Origin: a virus
Taxonomy: Duplodnaviria > Caudoviricetes
IMG/VR virus record: IMGVR_UViG_3300046786_000442
Location: 1 to 34,249 of that record
DNA: 34,249 nt
Direction: 5' to 3' (one strand)
Position 1 is the first letter of the stretch. Each line of letters starts with the position of its first letter. Positions 1 to 7,699 of the stretch are shown one piece after another. A model generated the notes under the pieces. It was not told the DNA's origin. It saw only the letters and a list, made by a program, of their open reading frames with translations, and did no database searches. A program made the position numbers and the translations under genes.

Positions 1-194
1 CGCTTAGCCTTTGGGGTTCTTTTCATCATCTGCTTCGCAAGGGCGATTAGGCGCTTCACATGCGTTCCTCCACTTCCGGGTAGCATTCTCAAGGCCGAAT
101 TATTCCAATCCACATCCTGCGCCCAAGCTCGCTCCTCCATTTGAGCGGCAAGCATTTTGGCTAAGACTGGCAGATACGACGGTTCGTTGTGCAT
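1..194 (-). CDS. Partial hypothetical protein running off the window start
   Basis: ATG at 194 opens a frame (MHNEPSYLPVLAKMLAAQMEERAW...) with no stop before position 1. It lies downstream of a leftward promoter. Not in the ORF track. Confidence 0.4.
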   Translation of the reverse strand, partial: MHNEPSYLPVLAKMLAAQMEERAWAQDVDWNNSALRMLPGSGGTHVKRLIALAKQMMKRTPKAK

Positions 195-219
195 AAGCTG
201 AAAAGATAATTACCAATGA

Positions 220-445
220 CTCCCCCTCCCCTCATAAAGCATGAGAAGGAAAGGAAGGACCTACCGCACTTGTTTAGCCTCGCAACGATATACAAGCCCC
301 CAACGAGTCTCCCGTGTTGGATGCTACGGGAAGCACTGAAACATCACTTTCTGCATGTCGAGCATTCCTGCCTTACGGCGGGGCCGCTTACCGTTTCACA
401 ACGGGAGCAGCCTTTGCGGGTAGCCTCTTTTGCTGAGTAGGCTAA
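220..445 (-). ncRNA. Candidate structured non-coding RNA
   Basis: Dense hairpins: CCGTT-GTGA-AACGG and GCC-GTAA-GGC (GNRA loops), AGCCT/AGGCT, and a long pyrimidine/purine hairpin at ~220-258 whose G-U pairs work only on the - strand. No convincing ORF. Confidence 0.35.
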
Positions 446-458
446 GGATCACGGCATG

Positions 459-538
459 AAAAAGCCCCGCATCCGGGTGGCATGGAGGCGGGGCTTTCTA
501 CTTTGGGATTGCCGGATTGCTCCGGTGCCACCCAAAGC
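459..538 (-). promoter_or_regulatory. Two-hairpin leader/attenuator-like element
   Basis: On - strand: hairpin CTTTGGG...CCGGA-GCAA-TCCGG...CCCAAAG, then terminator-like AAAGCCCCGC...GCGGGGCTTT-TT. The second loop (TGCCACCC) is complementary to GGGTGGCA in the first hairpin. Confidence 0.55.
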
Positions 539-559
539 AAGCTCTTTCAAGCTGCTGAA

Positions 560-598
560 ACATTAACAACTTGCCCTCACCCGCGCAAGTGATATTCT
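560..598. promoter_or_regulatory. Overlapping divergent sigma70-like promoters
   Basis: + strand: TTGCCC(571)-N16-TATTCT(593), 8 nt before ATG 607. - strand: TTGCGC(588)-N17-TAATGT(565). Confidence 0.5.
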
Positions 599-606
599 CC
601 GAAATT

Positions 607-1335
607 ATGGCATCCGACCTCTACCTCTGTCGAAAAAACGGGCGTTTCTTCAAATACGACGCCGTTGAAGCTGTGTCCCTCACAGGGGCCATCCAGACCT
701 TCTCTGGCGTCACCGGGAACGCCACGACAAACGTAGTCACCATTTCGGGCGCAACGCTGTCAGACGGCCTCCAAATCACGTTTACGCAGAAAACAGGCTC
801 CAACATCGTCGCCAACCGGACCTACTTCGCCCGAGACTGCTCCGGGGCTACATGTAAGCTGGAGGAATACGTTGGCGCTGGGGTTTTCACCCTCGGAACC
901 ACCCTCGCGGATGGCAACGTGACCATCCAGAGCGACGAAATGAAGGTCTGGTCGAGCGAGTATCGAGACATCTTCACGGCCACCACGCCCATCCAGACCA
1001 ACGTGGAAGAGGCTATCGTGGAGAGCTTCAGCTATACGTCATCCGCTCAGAAAATCGACTCACCTGTGGCCGCATTGCCAACCGGGCTGACGAACTACTC
1101 CGAATCGGTTAACATTTCGGGAGGCACCGTGTTGGGAGGGGTTGGGTGGAATCTGACAGCGGACGCCTTCGTTGCCAGCGTGTCGGATGAAATCAACCAC
1201 TACCCACTCCGTCAAACCTTCCTTGCCCGGACGCATTGGAAGTTCGACATGGGCAGCAGTGTAGCACCTCGCTACCTCTTTGCCGAGTGGCAGACTGGAG
1301 ACGCCTTGGCACCTAATCCGCCCAACACGATCTAA
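607..1335 (+). CDS. Hypothetical protein, probable virion/tail structural protein
   Basis: Thr/Gly/Val-rich beta-type sequence. ATG 607 is preferred over TTG 571, which is the predicted -35 box. TAATG coupling to the next gene. Confidence 0.6.
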   Translation: MASDLYLCRKNGRFFKYDAVEAVSLTGAIQTFSGVTGNATTNVVTISGATLSDGLQITFTQKTGSNIVANRTYFARDCSGATCKLEEYVGAGVFTLGTTLADGNVTIQSDEMKVWSSEYRDIFTATTPIQTNVEEAIVESFSYTSSAQKIDSPVAALPTGLTNYSESVNISGGTVLGGVGWNLTADAFVASVSDEINHYPLRQTFLARTHWKFDMGSSVAPRYLFAEWQTGDALAPNPPNTI

Positions 1336-2171
1336 TGGCCTCGAATTTTCAGCTACTTCCGACGCCGAACCCGGACGAGTTCATGTTCTCGGTCACGGTG
1401 CCTGACCAGAAGATCAACCCGGAATTATTCCTTTCGCCCGAGAAGCCGCTTTTAAAGGCTGGAGTGACGCGCTACCGGGAGTTCCTGTGGGCGGTCAATG
1501 CTGAGAGGGCCAACGAGAGATGGGGCGACTACATCTACGTTTCTTGTTCCAAAGCTGGGGCTGGAGGCATGGCGTTCATGTTCGGCAAGCCAAAGACCGA
1601 GAACTCCAAAGACGGCCTCGGCACCAAAAACAAGCCGTTCAAGGTGTTTTCGGATACGCAAAACTACACTTGGCCCGCCGTCCTTTACGACCTTTACGCC
1701 ATCAAGACGAATGCTTTCCCGCTGGCAATCAACAACGGGGCATCCATCGTCACCACGCCTCGCATCCTCCCCCGCTACAAGTTCGTTCCAGAGGTGAATT
1801 ACAACTCGAACATCATTGTTCGGCAGTTCCTTTCGCCTACGCCGTGGAGTGAGGCCGATTTGACCCATGAGCAGCCGGTTCCTACGGATGTGAATGGCTC
1901 CTACATCGGGGTTAGCATGGACTTCATCCGCTGCCTGCATCCTACAGTGGTCTTTCCCGAACAGCAATACACGGCGGAAATTATTGTGGGAGTCGGGACG
2001 CTCAATCCTCCTCCGGGGCGCAATCCGAACAAGACCGTCATCCCGGCGACCAACTTTCTCGACTGGGAGAACTTTATCCTTCGCGACACGCAGCAGTATG
2101 TGAACGGCATGTGGCTTCGTGAGCAGGTCGAAATCTTTCCTCCACCGCAGCCTGAAGAAACCATCCAATGA
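1335..2171 (+). CDS. Hypothetical protein, probable virion structural protein
   Basis: 278-aa ORF coupled on both sides (TAATG, ATGA). No recognisable enzyme motif. Confidence 0.6.
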   Translation: MASNFQLLPTPNPDEFMFSVTVPDQKINPELFLSPEKPLLKAGVTRYREFLWAVNAERANERWGDYIYVSCSKAGAGGMAFMFGKPKTENSKDGLGTKNKPFKVFSDTQNYTWPAVLYDLYAIKTNAFPLAINNGASIVTTPRILPRYKFVPEVNYNSNIIVRQFLSPTPWSEADLTHEQPVPTDVNGSYIGVSMDFIRCLHPTVVFPEQQYTAEIIVGVGTLNPPPGRNPNKTVIPATNFLDWENFILRDTQQYVNGMWLREQVEIFPPPQPEETIQ

Positions 2172-2623
2172 TTACGACGGCAAACGGCACTTATGGAACT
2201 GAGGCCAGCCCGTATCAGTCCTCTCCGAAGGAATACGGGGTAGGAGGTATTCTGGCAAACCGGCAGCGAGGATCGGATCAAGTCACCATCCGGCAGACCT
2301 CCAAACCTGCTGTGCGTTTTGACAACTCGTTTGATGCCACTCCGAGCTTGCAGATTAAGCCTATTGGAGTTGGCACTTACATGACTTTTACATTTGGAGG
2401 GGCTAGTTACACGGCGCAGGTGAGTGCGATCAGCCAGACGAATCCAGTGACGCCTACGCCTTCAGCCAGCCCTAGTTCATCGCCAACGCCAAGCCCTTCA
2501 CCCTCCCCGACGCCAAGCCCGTCTCCAAGTCCTTCCCCCACACTGACACCAACGCCAACACCAACGCCAAGCCCTTCTCCAACACCAACGCCCCCTCCAA
2601 GCCCAACACCGACGCCGCCGTGA
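2168..2623 (+). CDS. Protein with Pro/Thr/Ser-rich (mucin-like) C-terminal tail
   Basis: 151 aa. The last ~58 residues are almost all P/T/S (TPSPSPSPTP...). ATGA and GTGA overlaps with neighbours. Confidence 0.7.
   Translation: MITTANGTYGTEASPYQSSPKEYGVGGILANRQRGSDQVTIRQTSKPAVRFDNSFDATPSLQIKPIGVGTYMTFTFGGASYTAQVSAISQTNPVTPTPSASPSSSPTPSPSPSPTPSPSPSPSPTLTPTPTPTPSPSPTPTPPPSPTPTPP
2450..2620 (+). repeat. Degenerate coding repeat for (PT/PS)n
   Basis: Recurring CCAACGCCAAGCCC and CCAACA units with synonymous variation. Confidence 0.8.
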
Positions 2624-3714
2624 GCGAATTAGTCAAGTATCAGGAGATTTACCAAAGCGGCAAAATGCCGAAGTATGGACACTCCAATCATGGAGCCAGA
2701 GCATTGCCCATCTTGGAAAAGTGGAAAGCGACCTCAGTTTTAGATGTTGGATGTGGATACAATGAGTTTTCACGCATGGTCCGTGAAAAGATGGGCATCG
2801 AATGTGTTGGGGTGGACTTTGCCTGTCCCGGAGCAGATGTAATTTGTCCAGCCAACAAACTGCCATTTGTCGATGCTCAATTCGATGTGGTGACATCCTT
2901 CGACATGATGGAACACCTGACTGAAGGCGAGGTTGATTCAGTCTTGGATGAAATGAAGCGAGTCTCGAAAAGATTTATCGTCTCCATTTCCTATCAAGAT
3001 AGCGTAAACAGGTGGAAGGGTGAGACGCTGCATCCAACTGTTCGACCCGAGGACTGGTGGATCAAGCGCCTGATTCGTGCCGGTGCCATTGAAATTAAGA
3101 AGCATGGCCGATACCTGACTGGAAGATGGCTCGCTCCATTGAAGATCGAGGCTGGCAAATCAGTGATACTTGTCGGCAATGGCCCGTCTGTTTTGCGAGC
3201 CAAAAGAGGCAAATTCATCGACACTTTTGATGAGGTGATCCGCTTTAACAACTTCGTGACTGTTGGTTTTGAGGAGTTCACGGGAGGCAAAACAACCCTA
3301 TGGTCTGCCTTTTTCAAGAAGGCGGATGAACAGCCGAAGTTTCCACGCGCTTTTTGCATCCATGAGAGGGACAAGCCGCTTCCCGGCATCGCTACGTCAT
3401 ACAGCATGGCATCATGGTTTTATGACCGAGTGCGTCGTCAGGTCCAAGAAAGGGCCACTTGGGCGTCTGGATTCAAGCGAGACACATCGCCACTCCTTGC
3501 GTCATCGGGCATTTTGGTGGCCTCCTACCTGCTGGACATCGTTGGGGTTGAACAGGTTTTTATCACGGGCTTTGACCACTTTTCCAAGGCGTATTCAGGC
3601 CAGCACCACTACTGGTTGCCACAATCCTTCAAGAAGCCAGCGGAGCATGATGGCGATATTGAATGCGTCATGTTTGATGAGCTTGTAAAGGCTGGACGAG
3701 TGGTTCGGATTTAA
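2620..3714 (+). CDS. Class I SAM methyltransferase fused to a GT29 (sialyltransferase-like) glycosyltransferase
   Basis: N-terminal half: VLDVGCG, GVD, LPF..FDVV, MMEHL. C-terminal half: sialylmotif L-like VGNGPS..G..IDTFDEVIRFN..G..TG.KTT, S-like SSG..V.ITGFD, motif III HHYW, VS HxxxxE (HDGDIE). Confidence 0.8.
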   Translation: MSELVKYQEIYQSGKMPKYGHSNHGARALPILEKWKATSVLDVGCGYNEFSRMVREKMGIECVGVDFACPGADVICPANKLPFVDAQFDVVTSFDMMEHLTEGEVDSVLDEMKRVSKRFIVSISYQDSVNRWKGETLHPTVRPEDWWIKRLIRAGAIEIKKHGRYLTGRWLAPLKIEAGKSVILVGNGPSVLRAKRGKFIDTFDEVIRFNNFVTVGFEEFTGGKTTLWSAFFKKADEQPKFPRAFCIHERDKPLPGIATSYSMASWFYDRVRRQVQERATWASGFKRDTSPLLASSGILVASYLLDIVGVEQVFITGFDHFSKAYSGQHHYWLPQSFKKPAEHDGDIECVMFDELVKAGRVVRI

Positions 3715-4559
3715 GCCGCAAACAACTCCGCCAGCCCCATGAACCGTTTCTTCAACGGATTTGTCCTTGTCTGGCTGTAATTACCCGGCTTGTCAATACT
3801 GCTAAGGCCATGTCGTTCGCGGCACAGCTCAAGCAGCACAAACGCAGAGTCGGCAACGTCAGGCGAGCGGCCAATTCGTTTCTTCATGTCCACCTTGGAT
3901 TCAACCTTGATGCGAGAGCCGCCGTCTTGCGCTTTGTTGTCCTTGTAGCGTCGTGAAGTCATGTCCTCCGCCATTTCCTTTGTGATATTGCGAAGCTGAT
4001 CGCAGCGGATGAGTTCTTTGCCCACACTCCAAATCTCTGACACACGGTTGGCATAACGCACGCTCGACTTTTCACGGTCAGCGGCAGATACCGGCCTGTC
4101 AGAAGCCTTGCCGCCAAAGTCCACACGAAGGAAGCGATTGCTCCACTTCGACCAGATGGCATCTGAGAAGGTCTTGCCACCACCGGCTGTTGCATCAACT
4201 CCAACGTTCTCAATAGTCACGCCTTCACGCTGACAAATCTCCTTTAGCTTCTCGACCATCTGCGTCGTGCGGTCCACGTCCTTGCGCGTCACGTCCTCAT
4301 CAAGCTCAATGTGCTTGTCGAATCGAAGGCGTTTCTTGCCGTCAACGCAGATTCCGATGGTTCCAATGGTGAGCACAGACTTGTCCCCGCCAGTCGTATG
4401 CGAGATGTCGAATCCAGCCACCTTGGTGGGCACGCCTTGCCAGACGCAATCGGCGGGCACCTTGAGCCGGAGAGTAGATTGTCTCGTCGTCGCCATCGAG
4501 CAGGAATGCGCCAAGCACACCGCGCCAGTAGGCTTTCTTTTTCCAGTATGGCTCCCCAT
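3711..4559 (-). CDS. terL: Terminase large subunit, C-terminal RNase H-like nuclease part (out of frame with the ATPase part)
   Basis: VAGFDIS..GGDKSV, VGVDAT.GG, YANRVSEIW, VESK.DMKKRIGRSPDVADS. Terminase-like sequence begins near 4463. Confidence 0.8.
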   Translation of the reverse strand: MGSHTGKRKPTGAVCLAHSCSMATTRQSTLRLKVPADCVWQGVPTKVAGFDISHTTGGDKSVLTIGTIGICVDGKKRLRFDKHIELDEDVTRKDVDRTTQMVEKLKEICQREGVTIENVGVDATAGGGKTFSDAIWSKWSNRFLRVDFGGKASDRPVSAADREKSSVRYANRVSEIWSVGKELIRCDQLRNITKEMAEDMTSRRYKDNKAQDGGSRIKVESKVDMKKRIGRSPDVADSAFVLLELCRERHGLSSIDKPGNYSQTRTNPLKKRFMGLAELFAA

Positions 4560-5529
4560 TTCTACTTAATTGCTCACGCTTCTCCTTCAGCATTTCTCGC
4601 GTCATCAGGAATGGGTAGATCGTGCGCCCATAGATGATATTCGGCGACGTTTCGATGCTGACTCGGCGGACAAAAGCGCCTTCACCTTCCCATTCCTCCC
4701 AGTCAGGATCGTATTTCTCCCATCCGCCGTCCTTCGGTTTACACATCTCCCCGAAGTTGTCGAAGGGCGAGTTCGCATTGGCGAGCGCGATAAGCTGGTG
4801 ATTCGGGTTCTGGGTAAGGTTTTCCTCGAAAGCATTCTTGATCGCGGGTCCGAGTTCAGCCGCCTCATCCATGATGACGATGATTTTCCCGTTCGGACCG
4901 TGTTTTTGGCCTCGAATGGCCCGACTTGATTCCGCCTCCTTGGACTTTTCGCAAGCGAACAGGCGGATGCCGAACTTGTCGAGCGTCTGACCCGTCTTGG
5001 GATCAACAGTCTTGATGGAATGGGCGGATGAAACCAGCTTGCCGGGCGGTGCCGCAATCATCCCACTGTAAAACTTGGTGATGCTACCCCAAATACGGCC
5101 ATCGGCGTCCTTTAGGGTGGTCGTGTTCACTAGCACCACGTTGGCGAACGGGTTGGCCAGCCACCAAATGAGGGCGTAAACCGCGAAGAACTCGGTTTTG
5201 CCACCCGAGCCACCCGACGTGATGGCGTATCGTTTGTGCTTGAATGCGTCCTTGGCGTATTGGATGGCCCAAGGGTGCCAGATGAACGGGGTGGGTGAAT
5301 CCTTGTAATTCCACACCAAATCCACAGCGTTCATAAAGTGACGCCATGCCGGAATCCCTTTCTCGTTTTTAGAGCCGTCTCGGTGCCGGAGCGAGCCAGA
5401 ACGAATCTGCATCAAGGCCATCTCCACCTGAAGCTGGTTCTTGGCGTTGATCTTTTCTCGGAAGCCCCAAGTGTTCAGCGGTCCTTTGGAGAACTGAATC
5501 ACATTGGATTTGGGAGGCGCTTTGGTCAT
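4342..5529 (-). CDS. terL: Terminase large subunit, N-terminal ATPase part
   Basis: Walker A SGGSGGKT, Walker B IIVIMDEA, coupling motif ALAN, SPN motif. The frame turns implausible (ARRLRLARR...) after ~4465. Confidence 0.85.
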   Translation of the reverse strand: MTKAPPKSNVIQFSKGPLNTWGFREKINAKNQLQVEMALMQIRSGSLRHRDGSKNEKGIPAWRHFMNAVDLVWNYKDSPTPFIWHPWAIQYAKDAFKHKRYAITSGGSGGKTEFFAVYALIWWLANPFANVVLVNTTTLKDADGRIWGSITKFYSGMIAAPPGKLVSSAHSIKTVDPKTGQTLDKFGIRLFACEKSKEAESSRAIRGQKHGPNGKIIVIMDEAAELGPAIKNAFEENLTQNPNHQLIALANANSPFDNFGEMCKPKDGGWEKYDPDWEEWEGEGAFVRRVSIETSPNIIYGRTIYPFLMTREMLKEKREQLSRNGEPYWKKKAYWRGVLGAFLLDGDDETIYSPAQGARRLRLARRAHQGGWIRHLAYDWRGQVCAHHWNHRNLR

Positions 5530-5535
5530 TTAGGG

Positions 5536-5619
5536 ATGGTATGTGCGAATTACCGTAAGGCAACATCTGTATTGAATGCCAAAATTCCCGATTGCCCTCT
5601 CATTTCTAGGCGTTATCAT
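5536..5619. promoter_or_regulatory. Divergent promoters for terL and the 5628 gene, with a TTACCGTAA box
   Basis: - strand: TTGCCT(5563)-N16-TACCAT(5541)-6 nt-ATG. + strand: TTGCCC(5592)-N16-TATCAT(5614)-8 nt-ATG. AATTACCGTAAGG at 5548-5560. Confidence 0.55.
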
Positions 5620-5627
5620 CGCGCCAA

Positions 5628-6587
5628 ATGAGCACAGGACTCACCGTAGCGGACGCCCGTGCCGCGCTCTACATGCAAGTTGACCCGTCTGACCCGACGA
5701 CGGGGCTGTTTTTGCCGTATTTGAACCAAGCGTGTGAGCGCATTATCAATTCCGGGAACTGGAAAAACTCTTATGGAAGGGTCGATTTTCAAGCTCCAAC
5801 AGGCTACATCACACTTCCTCGTCGCTGGGAGTCCATTATCGGCGTCACCCGCGTCAATTACCCGACCGGCGTTTACCCTCGGATGATCGAATTTATGACC
5901 TCGGGACCGGGGTATTTTGATGACACGGACATCGACATCAAGGACATCATCGACCAGTCGGACGTATGCACCCAAGAAGTCCAAGAGGAGGCTGGATTGA
6001 TTCGCCTGACCATCTCGAATGCGGAGGATGCTGGCCTGATTTGCCGCATTTATGGCTATGACGCAGGTGGCGAAGAGCTTTTTGACAGCGATGGCCTAGC
6101 CGGGAAAAGCCTCACCCTTGCGAATCCGACCGTCACCGGAACAGACGAAATCTTCATTACGCAGATCGTCAAGCCTCGCACAAAGGGCACCGTCACCATT
6201 TCCTCGGTGACAAGTGGCACTCCGACGCAGCTTTCGGTTTACGAGCCAAGCGAAACGAACCCGATTTACCGCCGATACAAGACCGGCACGATGGTCGCCC
6301 GCGAGGATGGCAAACCGTGGCTGCGATGCCTCTGTAAGCGTCGTTTTGTGCCTGCTGTGGCGGAAACGGACCTTATCTGGCCTGACAACATCGGAGCCTT
6401 GAAACACGCCCTGATTGCCGTGCGTTTGGAGGATCAAGGAGCCTACGAGGAGGCCCAAGCCGACCAACGCTGGGCCAAGTGCTACGAAATCCTCAACCAA
6501 GGGCTGAAGCAGAACCGTGGAGCCATCCGCCCGACGATGCCATTCCATTTTCCTCAATCAGCAGGTTCCACCCTTCAGACTCATTAA
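5628..6587 (+). CDS. Probable head-tail adaptor / tail tubular-type structural protein
   Basis: Helical N-terminus (T+..+R...YLNQACERI), beta-rich middle and helical C-terminus (ALKHALIA...A...W), the layout typical of adaptor proteins. It precedes the ejection-type genes. Confidence 0.5.
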   Translation: MSTGLTVADARAALYMQVDPSDPTTGLFLPYLNQACERIINSGNWKNSYGRVDFQAPTGYITLPRRWESIIGVTRVNYPTGVYPRMIEFMTSGPGYFDDTDIDIKDIIDQSDVCTQEVQEEAGLIRLTISNAEDAGLICRIYGYDAGGEELFDSDGLAGKSLTLANPTVTGTDEIFITQIVKPRTKGTVTISSVTSGTPTQLSVYEPSETNPIYRRYKTGTMVAREDGKPWLRCLCKRRFVPAVAETDLIWPDNIGALKHALIAVRLEDQGAYEEAQADQRWAKCYEILNQGLKQNRGAIRPTMPFHFPQSAGSTLQTH

Positions 6588-6589
6588 CT

Positions 6590-7147
6590 ATGGCTAACTA
6601 TTCCAGCGCACCTCAACTTGGGCAGTATAGCGGCTTGCAACGTATGCAGTCTGCCGCGTCACAGCCTTCGCAATTTGACATGATTCAGCGTGGTTCTACT
6701 TCAGGTCCGGGGAGCGCCGCATTCAAGACTCGTCAGGCCGCACAGCCTTGGTCGCTACCACCCTCGCAGCAAAAGGCGCGTAAAGTAGGACGCTCGATGT
6801 ATGATCCTGCTCGTCTGGCAGAGCAGGCTTTCCGCAGCACCCGTGATCCGATGCAGCGCCTTCAACTCGGCATGGTTCGGAGTAATCTCATGGGGCCGCA
6901 AACCGACGAACTCGACACGCTGGCCGCTCAAGCTGAAGAGGCTGGACCTGCGCCAATTCCGGCTACCGGCGTTCCAATGGCTAGTCCGGCGACGGCTGGC
7001 AGAGACATTGTGAACAACTCCTTCACTGGCGTTAAGAATCCAGCGACGGCGAGCTTTCAGCGCCCTCGTAACTCCATGTTTGGCCGTGGACTTGGAGTGC
7101 TGCGGACACCCGTTGCGCCAACCCAACCTATCACGATTTATCAGTAA
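6590..7147 (+). CDS. Hypothetical low-complexity protein, probable internal virion/ejection protein
   Basis: ATG 6590 lies 2 nt after the upstream stop. Gln/Ala/Pro/Ser-rich, no Cys. Confidence 0.6.
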   Translation: MANYSSAPQLGQYSGLQRMQSAASQPSQFDMIQRGSTSGPGSAAFKTRQAAQPWSLPPSQQKARKVGRSMYDPARLAEQAFRSTRDPMQRLQLGMVRSNLMGPQTDELDTLAAQAEEAGPAPIPATGVPMASPATAGRDIVNNSFTGVKNPATASFQRPRNSMFGRGLGVLRTPVAPTQPITIYQ

Positions 7148-7149
7148 TT

Positions 7150-7695
7150 ATGGACCCTTTTATGTCTCAGCTTCTAGGACTCGGCACCTCTGTTGGCTCG
7201 GTCGCCTCAAATGATCTTTTGAGCCAGCTTGTAAACATGAGCGCCCGCAAACGCATGGCAACCGAAGCTGTAGCCGGTCGTCGCCGTGAGCAGGAGCAGC
7301 AGGGGATGGTGCCATATAAGCCAGCACAACCCGCGATGACTGATGATGTGGCACGCTCTGCCGCCGCTCGCTCTGGACTTCCACAGCCACAAACGCTCGC
7401 CAAGGTCGAAACCGTCCAGCAGCGTCCAACTGGAGGCCAGATCATCAATTACCCATCCGGCGAGAAGATCGTAATGAGCCGATTTGGCACCGGAACGGCC
7501 ACAAAGGGCAAGAAAGGCCCGACGATGATTGAGGGTAAGCCTGCTGTCGAATACTTCGCTGAAGCCGCCGCCCGCCAAGGTCAGAACAACAAGTTTGCCG
7601 CCGCCATCCCTACTGGCTCCAAAGACCTGCTTGGACGCCCGAAATTCACTGGCGTTTCCCTTGTTGAGGACGCCATGAACCGCAAACGCGCCTGA
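7150..7695 (+). CDS. Hypothetical protein, probable internal virion/ejection protein
   Basis: 181 aa, tight operon spacing, Ala/Gly/Gln-rich, no Cys. Confidence 0.6.
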   Translation: MDPFMSQLLGLGTSVGSVASNDLLSQLVNMSARKRMATEAVAGRRREQEQQGMVPYKPAQPAMTDDVARSAAARSGLPQPQTLAKVETVQQRPTGGQIINYPSGEKIVMSRFGTGTATKGKKGPTMIEGKPAVEYFAEAAARQGQNNKFAAAIPTGSKDLLGRPKFTGVSLVEDAMNRKRA

Positions 7696-7699
7696 TTTT

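Noticed and set aside
216-440. 74-aa + strand ORF (and 11..196)
   Set aside because: No motif and no promoter. It lies antisense to a leftward promoter and overlaps dense RNA structure.
1452-2168. 238-aa antisense ORF
   Set aside because: Shadow of the coupled + strand gene, with no protein-like features.
2450-2620. Possible CRISPR or DNA-level tandem repeat
   Set aside because: Units vary at synonymous positions and have no spacers, so this is a protein-level repeat. No CRISPR array was seen in the window.
4525-4545. A-rich run (GGAAAAAGAAA) as the programmed frameshift site of terL
   Set aside because: The original frame stays terminase-like for about 20 more codons and the required shift is +1, so the break lies further downstream.
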